DNA of 64,000 nt from an uncultured delta proteobacterium. Its GTDB lineage: Bacteria > Desulfobacterota > WTBG01. The notes beneath the pieces were generated by a model. It worked only from the letters and a program-made list of their open reading frames with translations. It ran no database searches and had not been told where the DNA came from. The position numbers and the translations under genes were made by a program. Shown here piece by piece: positions 21,385-29,750 of the stretch. The stretch lies in NCBI GenBank assembly GCA_963793865.1, contig CAWCBP010000004.1, forward strand, positions 128,001-192,000. The letters are read 5' to 3'. Each line of letters opens with the position of its first letter. The first letter of the stretch is position 1.

Positions 21385-22534
21385 CGACACGGCACAGCGG
21401 ATTCTCATCGTCGCCGGCGAGGCTTCCGGAGATCTCCTGGCCTCCCATCTGGTGAAGGCCATGCGCGCGGAGAACTCCGCGCTTTCCGTCTCCGCCATGG
21501 GCGGCGATGGGCTGCGGGAAGCGGGCGCGGAGATCATGGTTGACATATCCCGGCACGCGGTGATGGGCATCACCGAAGTGATCGGGCACCTGGGAAGCAT
21601 CTACGGTGTCTTCAGGAAGCTTTCGCTCACCCTCAAGCGCGACCGGCCGGACCTGCTCATCCTGGTCGATTTCCCTGATTTTAACCTGCGCCTGGCCAGG
21701 GTCGCCAAAAAGTACCGCATACCGGTTATGTACTACGTCAGCCCCCAGGTCTGGGCCTGGCGAACCGGTCGCATCAAACAGATCGCCGCGTCGGTCAGCA
21801 CCATGGTGGTGGTGTTTCCCTTCGAGCTTCCCCTGTACCGGGAGGCCGGCGTCGACGCCCATTTCGTGGGCCACCCGCTGCTGGACATCGTGAAGGTTTC
21901 CCGCTCGCGGGAGGAGAACAGCAAACGACTGGGCATCAGGCCGGGCCGCGTCGCCATCGGGCTGCTGCCCGGCAGCAGGCTCAGTGAGGTAAAACGGATA
22001 CTGCCGCCCATGCTGGATGCCGCCCGCCGGCTCAGCCGGGAGCGCACGGACCTGCAGTTCATCATACCCCTGGCGCCGGGCCTGCGCAAGGCGGACATGG
22101 AACAGCTGATCCGGGGCGCCGCCGTGCCGGTAACCCTGGTCGAAAACAGCATCTATGATGTCATTGACAGCTCATACCTGGTCATCGTGGCGTCGGGTAC
22201 GGCCAGCCTGGAAACGGCGCTGCTCGCCAGGCCCATGGTTATCGTGTATCGGATGTCACCGCTCAGCTATCGCATCGCCAGGCTGCTGGTCAGGGTGCCC
22301 TACATCGGGATGGCCAACATTATTGCCGGCAAAAAAGTGGTGCCGGAGCTTATTCAGGAGGAGGCCAGCGGGGAGCGGATTGCCGCCGAAGCCGCCCGGC
22401 TGCTCTCCGATACGCATTACTACGGGACCGTTCATGCGGAACTGGAGCTGATTAAAAAGAAGCTCGGCGAACCGGGGGCCTCGGCGCGGGCGGCCCGGAT
22501 CGCGCTTGGCATGCTGCAGCGCCGGCCCGCCTGA
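21377..22534 (+). CDS. lpxB: Lipid-A-disaccharide synthase
   Basis: AGEASGD, DFPDFN, SPQVWAWR, VGHPL, LPGSR. Confidence 0.96.
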   Translation: MNSDTAQRILIVAGEASGDLLASHLVKAMRAENSALSVSAMGGDGLREAGAEIMVDISRHAVMGITEVIGHLGSIYGVFRKLSLTLKRDRPDLLILVDFPDFNLRLARVAKKYRIPVMYYVSPQVWAWRTGRIKQIAASVSTMVVVFPFELPLYREAGVDAHFVGHPLLDIVKVSRSREENSKRLGIRPGRVAIGLLPGSRLSEVKRILPPMLDAARRLSRERTDLQFIIPLAPGLRKADMEQLIRGAAVPVTLVENSIYDVIDSSYLVIVASGTASLETALLARPMVIVYRMSPLSYRIARLLVRVPYIGMANIIAGKKVVPELIQEEASGERIAAEAARLLSDTHYYGTVHAELELIKKKLGEPGASARAARIALGMLQRRPA

Positions 22535-22562
22535 ATCGGTCTATATAACGTGCTGAACAGTA

Positions 22563-22593
22563 TGTGGCTCAAGGGGAGGGGCTTTTGAGCCGC
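22563..22593. repeat. Stand-alone GGGGAGGGG hairpin cassette
   Basis: TGTGGCTCAA-GGGGAGGGG-CTTTTGAGCCGC. Confidence 0.7.
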
Positions 22594-22628
22594 GAATATG
22601 GTATGACAAATCTCTTAAAGGAAGAGAG

Positions 22629-24416
22629 ATGAAAAAGATATCAACCAAAGACTCCATCAGGCTGTATAAGCGCCTGATCAGGTACATCAGGCCCTACTGG
22701 CTGCTGATGCTCCTTGCCGTCCTCGCCGCCGTGGGGCTGGCGGGCACCAATACCGGCATCGCCTGGATCGTCAAGAAAGTGATGGACGACATCTTCGTGC
22801 AGAAGAATCTTGCCATGCTCCGGCTCGTACCCCTGGCCATCGTTGCTCTCTACCTGCTCAAGGGCCTGTTTGACTATTTCCAGGAATACCTGATGGGATA
22901 TGTGGCGGTCAAGGTGGTCACCGACATCCGGGACGAAATCTATGGCCACCTGCAAAAGCTGTCCCTCGCCTTCTTCATCAGGAATCCCACCGGGATACTC
23001 ATGTCGCGCATCGGCAATGATACCAACCTGCTGCAGTCCACGGTCTCGGACAGCATCACCAACTTCCTGCGTGACTCGCTCACCATCGCGGGCCTGACCG
23101 GCTACACCTTCTGGGTAAACTGGAAGCTTGCCGCCATGTCCTACCTGGTCATTCTCTGGGCCCTGGTGCCCATCCGCATCTTCGGCATCAAAAGCCGGAA
23201 GTTCAGCACCAAGAGCCAGGTTAAAATGGCGGACATCGCCAAATTTCTCTACGAGACCATCTCCGGTATCCGCATCGTCAAGGCCTTTTGCATGGAGGAA
23301 TATGAAAAACAGCGCTTCGCCGCGGAAAACCACCGCCTGCTCAGGATCAGGGTAAAGCGGATGCGCATCCGCGCCCTCGCCTCCCCCACCATGGAAACGC
23401 TGGGCGGCATTGCCTCCGCGGTCATTCTCTACTTCGGCGGATACAGTGTTCTCAGGGGAGAGATCACCTCGGGGGACTTTTTCTCATTTGTGGCCGCGTT
23501 TGCCATGATGTACCGCCCGGTGCGCGATCTCAACAAGCTCAACCAGACCATGCAGGAAGGGCTTGCCGCGGCGGTACGAACCTTTGAAATCCTCGACACC
23601 AAAGCGGACATCGTGGACAAGCCCGGCGCGCGTGAGCTGCCGCCGGTCAGCCAAGGGATCGAATTCCGGGACGTCAGCTTTCAGTATGACGCGCAGCCGG
23701 TGCTGGAGCACATCACGCTGAAGGTTCCGGTGGGCCGGATCATCGCCATCGTGGGCGGCAGCGGCGCGGGAAAATCAACCATGGCCAATCTCATACCCCG
23801 GTTCTACGACGTGACCTCGGGGTCCATTCTCATCGACGGCGTCGACATCAGGGATGTGACCATCAGATCGCTGCGCAGCCAGATCAGCATGGTAACCCAG
23901 GAAATAATACTCTTCAACGACTCCATACGGCACAACATCGCCTACGGCAGCATGGACAAATCCGATGAGGAGATCAGGGCCTCTGCCGAGGCCGCCCACG
24001 CCCACGACTTCATCATGGATAACCCCGGGGGATATGACGCGGTCATCGGCGAACACGGGGTCAAGCTCTCCGGCGGCCAGAAGCAGCGGATTGCCATTGC
24101 CCGCGCGCTGCTCAAGAACGCCCCCATCCTCATCCTGGATGAGGCGACCTCCTCGCTCGACAGCAAGGCCGAGGCCGAGGTGCAGGTGGCCCTGGAGCGC
24201 CTCATGGAAGGCCGGACCACCTTCATCATTGCCCACCGCCTCTCCACCATTAAAAAGGCCGACCGCATCATCGTGCTTTCGGAAGGAAGGATAGCGGAAC
24301 AGGGGACCCACGGCGATCTCATGGCCAGCCGGGGAGAATACCACAAGCTGTATACCACCCAATATCATGAGGAAGACCTCCCGGCGCAGGGCGGCTCCTC
24401 TGCCGGCGCCTCCTAG
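22629..24416 (+). CDS. msbA: Lipid A export ABC transporter MsbA
   Basis: Transmembrane domain plus NBD (GGSGAGKST, LSGGQKQR, DEATS) in a lipid A operon. Confidence 0.9.
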   Translation: MKKISTKDSIRLYKRLIRYIRPYWLLMLLAVLAAVGLAGTNTGIAWIVKKVMDDIFVQKNLAMLRLVPLAIVALYLLKGLFDYFQEYLMGYVAVKVVTDIRDEIYGHLQKLSLAFFIRNPTGILMSRIGNDTNLLQSTVSDSITNFLRDSLTIAGLTGYTFWVNWKLAAMSYLVILWALVPIRIFGIKSRKFSTKSQVKMADIAKFLYETISGIRIVKAFCMEEYEKQRFAAENHRLLRIRVKRMRIRALASPTMETLGGIASAVILYFGGYSVLRGEITSGDFFSFVAAFAMMYRPVRDLNKLNQTMQEGLAAAVRTFEILDTKADIVDKPGARELPPVSQGIEFRDVSFQYDAQPVLEHITLKVPVGRIIAIVGGSGAGKSTMANLIPRFYDVTSGSILIDGVDIRDVTIRSLRSQISMVTQEIILFNDSIRHNIAYGSMDKSDEEIRASAEAAHAHDFIMDNPGGYDAVIGEHGVKLSGGQKQRIAIARALLKNAPILILDEATSSLDSKAEAEVQVALERLMEGRTTFIIAHRLSTIKKADRIIVLSEGRIAEQGTHGDLMASRGEYHKLYTTQYHEEDLPAQGGSSAGAS

Positions 24417-24522
24417 CGTAGTGCGTCATTGATTCCTTTATGTATATGTGGCTCAAGGGGGAGGGGCTTTTAGAATGAGCCACTGAATCATAAGTAAAGA
24501 AGCGTTGGACACACTACACTAG
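24413..24522. mobile_element. MITE-like element family B, CTAG at both ends
   Basis: CTAG-CGTAGTGCGTC ... GACACACTACA-CTAG imperfect terminal inverted repeats; contains the GGGGGAGGGG cassette. Confidence 0.7.
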
Positions 24523-24545
24523 CCGGTCCGGGCGGCGGCTAACCT

Positions 24546-25832
24546 ATGTACCTACTCTACAATATACTGCTCCTGGCTGCTTCCCCGGTTTTAGGCCTGC
24601 TGATGATGGTTGCCGCCGTGAGCGCCGGGAAATACCGCAGCGGCATCTCTCAAAAACTGGGATTCGTGTCCCCCTCCGTCACCCGAAAGCTTTCAGGCAG
24701 CAGGCCGGTCTGGATCCACGCGGTGTCCGTGGGCGAGGTGATGGCCGCCATCCCCCTCCTGCAGGAAATGAAGGGGCGCTACCCCGGCCAGACGATTGTG
24801 CTCTCCACGGTGACGGCCACCGGGAACCATACCGCCGCCCTGAAGGCCCGCCAGGCTGACGCGGTCATCTATTTCCCCTTCGATTACCCCTTTATGGTGG
24901 GGCGGGCGATCAAGCGGATCCATCCCCGGCTTTTTATAACCATGGAGACCGAACTCTGGCCGAATTTTCTGCGGGCGATGAAGCGAAACGGCATTCCCTC
25001 CGTGGTGGTAAGCGGCCGCATCTCAAATCACTCATACAACAAATACCGGCTGGCCCGCCTTTTCTTCAGCAGGGTCCTGGCCAACATCGATGCCTTCTAC
25101 ATGCAGACCGAGGAAGACGCCCGGCGGATTATCAGCATCGGCGCCGACAGCAGCCGGGTCATCACCCTGGGCAACCTCAAATGCGATCAGGAGGTCCCTC
25201 TTTTGACGGGCAGCGAGAAGGCCCGACTGTACGACAGCCTTAATCTCCGTGAGGGCCGGAACATTTTTATCGCCGGCAGCACCCACCGGGGCGAGGAAGA
25301 GATGGTGCTGGAGGTGTTTAAACGGCTTAAGGAGAGCTGCGCTGATCTGACGCTGATACTTGCCCCCCGGCATCCGGAGCGCTTCAGCGAAGTGGCCAAT
25401 CTTGTCTCCCGCTCCGGCTTTGCATGCGCGCGAAAAACAGAACTGGCGCGGCAGGAAGCACGGCAGGAACAAAGTGTCATCCTGCTTGACACCATCGGAG
25501 AGCTCTCAAAGCTCTACAGCATCGGCACGGTTATTTTTGTGGGAGGGAGCCTGGTGCCGACCGGCGGACACAATGTGCTCGAGCCGGCCGCCTACCGGAA
25601 AGCGGTGCTTTTCGGGCCGCACATGGACAATTTCATGGAAATAGCCGGCTGCCTGATCGAAAGCGGGGGAGGCCTGCAGGTACAGGACAGGGAAGAGCTC
25701 TTTCTGAAAGCCAAAAGCCTCCTCGACAATGAATCGTTGCGCAGCGAGCTGGGAGAAAAGGCCTTCCACATCATTGCACGCAACCAGGGGACCACCCGGA
25801 AGGCCATGGAGGCCATTAGCTCCTTTCTGTAA
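24546..25832 (+). CDS. waaA: Kdo transferase
   Basis: WIHAVSVGE, ETELWPN, AGSTH, APRHPER, GGHNVLEPA. Confidence 0.96.
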   Translation: MYLLYNILLLAASPVLGLLMMVAAVSAGKYRSGISQKLGFVSPSVTRKLSGSRPVWIHAVSVGEVMAAIPLLQEMKGRYPGQTIVLSTVTATGNHTAALKARQADAVIYFPFDYPFMVGRAIKRIHPRLFITMETELWPNFLRAMKRNGIPSVVVSGRISNHSYNKYRLARLFFSRVLANIDAFYMQTEEDARRIISIGADSSRVITLGNLKCDQEVPLLTGSEKARLYDSLNLREGRNIFIAGSTHRGEEEMVLEVFKRLKESCADLTLILAPRHPERFSEVANLVSRSGFACARKTELARQEARQEQSVILLDTIGELSKLYSIGTVIFVGGSLVPTGGHNVLEPAAYRKAVLFGPHMDNFMEIAGCLIESGGGLQVQDREELFLKAKSLLDNESLRSELGEKAFHIIARNQGTTRKAMEAISSFL

Positions 25833-25845
25833 TACCGGCAGGACA

Positions 25846-26940
25846 ATGAACCCGCGCTTACTCATCCAGGAATTGCTGCATTCGGGCACAAAGGGGGAAA
25901 GCCTGCCCAGGCGCATTGTGCTCTTCCCGCTCTATCTTCTCTCCCTCCTCTATAAACTTGTCATGCGCGCGCGGCGGATTCTGTATGGCACGGGGATGTG
26001 TGCCTCCCGTGCTCTTCCCTGCCGGGTGGTCAGCGTCGGAAACATAACCGTGGGGGGAACGGGCAAAACACCCACGGTTATCTACCTGGCGCAGCTCTTC
26101 CAAAAGCGCGGGCTCAAGGCAGCGGTGCTCAGCCGCGGATACCGGTCGCACAGCAAAGAAGCGGTCGCGGTGGTATCCGACGGGAAGCATATGCTGCTCA
26201 CCGCCCGGGAAGCCGGCGATGAACCGGCGATGCTTGCAAAAGCCCTTCCCGGCACGCCGGTAATTATCGGGCGCGACCGGGTGCGTTCGGGCCACCTGGC
26301 GGTTTCGCTGTATTCCCCGGACGTCATCCTGCTTGATGACGGGTTCCAGCACCTGCGGCTGAAAAGGGACGCGGATATAGTCCTGGTGGACCGGCACTAC
26401 GGGTTCGGCAACGGCTGCCTCATACCGCGGGGCATCCTGCGGGAACCGCTCAGTGCCCTGCGGGCGGCCGATATCATTATCCTCACAAAAAAAACCGGGG
26501 AGACCCCAGGACAACCCGCAGAGGGGATCATCGCCGCGCAAAGACCGCGCGCTCCGATTTTTTCCGCCAGCTACGCCGTCAAGGGGCTCAGCGCCCTTGA
26601 CGGATCCCCCGCGGGAGATATCAAAGGTCTCGCGGGCAAAAACGCGCTTGCCCTCGCCGGCATCGGCAACCCCGGCTACTTTACCCACCTCCTGCGCGCC
26701 CACGGCATCCGGGTTGTCGAAGAGATGGTCCTGCCCGATCACCACCGCTACACCGCCGGGGACGCCGAACGGCTCGCCGCTTTTCTCCCCCGGGTCGACT
26801 GCATCATCACCACCGCCAAGGACGCCTGCAAGATGGACGGCGCGGGATTCAATCATTTGCCTATACTCGTGCTGGATATTATGCTAGAGATGGATGACGA
26901 ACCGGCTTTTATGGATGCCCTCTTTAAACACATTTCCTGA
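25846..26940 (+). CDS. lpxK: Tetraacyldisaccharide 4'-kinase
   Basis: VGNITVGGTGKTP, SRGY, GDEP, LDDGFQH. Confidence 0.96.
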   Translation: MNPRLLIQELLHSGTKGESLPRRIVLFPLYLLSLLYKLVMRARRILYGTGMCASRALPCRVVSVGNITVGGTGKTPTVIYLAQLFQKRGLKAAVLSRGYRSHSKEAVAVVSDGKHMLLTAREAGDEPAMLAKALPGTPVIIGRDRVRSGHLAVSLYSPDVILLDDGFQHLRLKRDADIVLVDRHYGFGNGCLIPRGILREPLSALRAADIIILTKKTGETPGQPAEGIIAAQRPRAPIFSASYAVKGLSALDGSPAGDIKGLAGKNALALAGIGNPGYFTHLLRAHGIRVVEEMVLPDHHRYTAGDAERLAAFLPRVDCIITTAKDACKMDGAGFNHLPILVLDIMLEMDDEPAFMDALFKHIS

Positions 26941-26979
26941 CGTGACCTATACAACACCGCCTGCATATTTTTTTATCCC

Positions 26980-28965
26980 ATGACGCACTACACGCCCGCC
27001 GCGCCGCCGGCACACCAGCCCTTTAAGATCGACTATCGCCGCGAGCTCAATGATGAGCAGCTGGAAGTGGTGATGAGCGACGAAAGCCCGCTCCTGGTCA
27101 TCGCGGGGGCCGGCAGCGGCAAGACCCGGACCCTGACCTACCGCGTGGCCCGCCTCATGGAATCCGGCACCCCCCCCGATGCCATCCTGCTGCTCACCTT
27201 TACCAATAAGGCGGCGAAAGAGATGCTCGGACGGGTGGAGGGGCTGATCAAGCTGGATATCGCCAGGCTGTGGGGAGGGACCTTCCACCATGTTGCCAAC
27301 CGAATCTTAAGAAGCAGGGGCGACCTCATCGGCTATGACCGGTCCTTTACCATCCTGGACAGGGATGATTCCAGGGAGCTGCTGGGCGACTGCATGGCGG
27401 CCCTCGGTCTCAAAAGCCGGGACCGCAGGTTTCCGCAGAGCTCGGTCATCCAGGAGATCATCAGCCTGTCGGTCAACACCCGGACAAGCCTGCCCGACCT
27501 GATTGACGCGCGCTACCCCTTTTTCATGGACGCAACCGATGAGATTCAATCGGTTGCCATGGCCTACCGGGAGCGAAAGAAAAAAGAGATGCTGATGGAT
27601 TTTGACGACCTGCTGCTCAACTGTCTCACCCTGCTCGCCGAAAACGACCACGTGCGGGACTACTATGCGGGGAAATTTCATCACATCCTGGTCGATGAAT
27701 ACCAGGACACCAACCGCATCCAGGCCGAACTGATCGACCTGCTCGCGTCCGGGGGCGGCAGCATCATGGTGGTGGGAGACGACTCGCAGAGCATATACAG
27801 CTTCCGGGGAGCCCACTTTGCCAACATCCTCGACTTCCCCAAGCGCTATCCCGGCTCCCATCTCTTCAAGCTCCAGACCAACTACCGCAGCACGCCTGAA
27901 ATACTGGGACTGGCCAATGCCAGCATCGTGAACAACCAGTACCAGTTTCACAAAAAGCTGCGGGCCATCAGGGAAAGCGGTCCCCAGCCCATACTGGTCC
28001 CCTGCGATCAGGTGCAGCAGCAGTCTGGTTTTGTGAGGCAGAAAATCATGGAGTTGCAGGTCGAAGGCAGATCGCTCAATGCAATAGCGGTCCTCTACCG
28101 GGCCCACTACCACAGCATGGAGCTTCAGATGGAGCTGACCCGACACGGCGTGCCCTTTGAGGTGCGATCCGGGCTGCGGTTTTTCGAGCAGGCGCACATA
28201 AAAGACATCACCAGCTACCTCAAGGTCATCGTCAACCCTTATGATGAGCCGTCCTGGAAGCGGATCACCAAGATGCTTCCCAAAATAGGCACTGCCCGGG
28301 CGGAAAAAATCTGGACTGCCCTCTCGAGTTCAGGGGATCCGCTGAAGAACCTGCAGAGCGAGGCCATTGAGAAGCTCATTCCCAAGCCATACCGCAAGGA
28401 CTGGCAGGAGCAGGCCGCCCTGCTGCGCCATCTCAACCTGCCTGAACGGCGGAGGGCGCCCGCAGAGATGCTGCAAACCGTGCTGAGGCAGGAGTATGAA
28501 GACTATCTCTTTGCCCACTACCCCGACTCGAGGACCCGGCTGGAGGACATCGGCCGGCTGATAGATTTCTCCCGGCAGTTCGGGTCGGCAGAGGATTTTT
28601 TAAGCGAGCTTGCCCTCCTGACCAGCGTCGCCTCGGAGGACGTGACCGCCGATGATCCGGGGTATGAACGGGTAACCCTCACCACCATCCACCAGGCGAA
28701 GGGCCTGGAGTGGGACATCGTTTTTATTGTCTGGCTGGTTGAGGGGCGGTTCCCCTCTCACAAAAGTCTGCAGGACACCGAAGGGGAAGAGGAAGAGCGG
28801 AGGCTTTTTTACGTTGCGGCCACCCGCGCCCGCGACGAGCTGTACCTGACCTACCCGCTCTGGGACTACGGCCGGGGCGGCGACAGCTCGGGGATCATGC
28901 AGCCCTCTCGTTTCATCCAGGAAATTCCCCGCGCCCGCTACACCAAGTGCGTGCTGGAAGAATAG
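26980..28965 (+). CDS. UvrD/PcrA-family SF1 DNA helicase
   Basis: AGAGSGKT, DEYQD, VGDDSQSIYSFRGA, NYRS, TIHQAKGLE, EERRLFYVAATRA. Confidence 0.93.
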   Translation: MTHYTPAAPPAHQPFKIDYRRELNDEQLEVVMSDESPLLVIAGAGSGKTRTLTYRVARLMESGTPPDAILLLTFTNKAAKEMLGRVEGLIKLDIARLWGGTFHHVANRILRSRGDLIGYDRSFTILDRDDSRELLGDCMAALGLKSRDRRFPQSSVIQEIISLSVNTRTSLPDLIDARYPFFMDATDEIQSVAMAYRERKKKEMLMDFDDLLLNCLTLLAENDHVRDYYAGKFHHILVDEYQDTNRIQAELIDLLASGGGSIMVVGDDSQSIYSFRGAHFANILDFPKRYPGSHLFKLQTNYRSTPEILGLANASIVNNQYQFHKKLRAIRESGPQPILVPCDQVQQQSGFVRQKIMELQVEGRSLNAIAVLYRAHYHSMELQMELTRHGVPFEVRSGLRFFEQAHIKDITSYLKVIVNPYDEPSWKRITKMLPKIGTARAEKIWTALSSSGDPLKNLQSEAIEKLIPKPYRKDWQEQAALLRHLNLPERRRAPAEMLQTVLRQEYEDYLFAHYPDSRTRLEDIGRLIDFSRQFGSAEDFLSELALLTSVASEDVTADDPGYERVTLTTIHQAKGLEWDIVFIVWLVEGRFPSHKSLQDTEGEEEERRLFYVAATRARDELYLTYPLWDYGRGGDSSGIMQPSRFIQEIPRARYTKCVLEE

Positions 28966-28979
28966 AGGCAGTAAAATAA

Positions 28980-29007
28980 GTAGGGGCGACCGGCCGGTCG
29001 CCCTTAC
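28980..29007. repeat. 28-bp palindromic GTAG REP (family D)
   Basis: GTAGGGGCGACCGGCCGGTCGCCCTTAC between convergent genes; other copies at 34702 and 45467. Confidence 0.85.
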
Positions 29008-29032
29008 ATTTAGGTATGAACAGGCAGGCTCT

Positions 29033-29506
29033 TCACCGTATGACCGTCACTGTAAGCTTCTGCTTTCCCCATCTGAGCGCGTCATCATGATCCTCGAAGA
29101 AGACATCAATGCGGTTTCCCTGCATCTCCCGTCCCCGGTCATGCACCTCTCCCCAGCCATACCCCGGCACATACATCCTGGTGCCGTAAGGGTATTTGCT
29201 GATATCGGCCGCGATAACCCCTTTTTTGGCCCTGGTCCCGTCGGCGGTTATCCCCACCTTCTTTCTCTTTCCCTTGAACGGCCCGCTGCTGTGAACCGGA
29301 ACCAGCCAGCAGCTCCAGATGCTTCTCTTCCAGGCGCAGCATTTCCCGCAGGGACAATAGGCGGTTACCACCATGACCACTTCTTCCCCCCGGACCTCTT
29401 CATCTTCCATCCGGTGCGGCAAAAAGCAGCAGCCCGACACAACGGTAAGCAGGAGCAGAACCAGGCAGCGCGCAGCACGTGTTTTTCTGTTTTTTAGCCT
29501 TGACAT
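29033..29506 (-). CDS. 3D-domain (MltA-like, three-Asp) lipoprotein
   Basis: Basic then hydrophobic leader with VSGC lipobox; TAYC, IAAD, HDRG, RIDVF. Confidence 0.85.
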   Translation of the reverse strand: MSRLKNRKTRAARCLVLLLLTVVSGCCFLPHRMEDEEVRGEEVVMVVTAYCPCGKCCAWKRSIWSCWLVPVHSSGPFKGKRKKVGITADGTRAKKGVIAADISKYPYGTRMYVPGYGWGEVHDRGREMQGNRIDVFFEDHDDALRWGKQKLTVTVIR

Positions 29507-29610
29507 ACCATATATTGCATTATACGTTGAAATTGATTCCAGATGCTGTGTGAGTTCGTTCGGAATAAGGTTGAAAGATTGATCAAGGGTTATTGTAAAA
29601 GCAGTTTCCT

Positions 29611-29735
29611 CAGGCTGTTCAAAAACATCCAGATGCAAGGCACGCGAAATCCTGAGGAGTGAGGCGTACATGCAAGTACGCCGCAATGACGAAGGATGAG
29701 CGTAACGAAGCAGATGGGTGTTTTTCAACAGCCTG
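29611..29735. mobile_element. MITE-like element family A, long form (125 bp)
   Basis: CAGGCTGTTCAAAAAC...GTTTTTCAACAGCCTG inverted ends; 116/125 identical to 51481-51605 by manual alignment. Confidence 0.85.
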
Positions 29736-29750
29736 CTCAGGCATAATACT

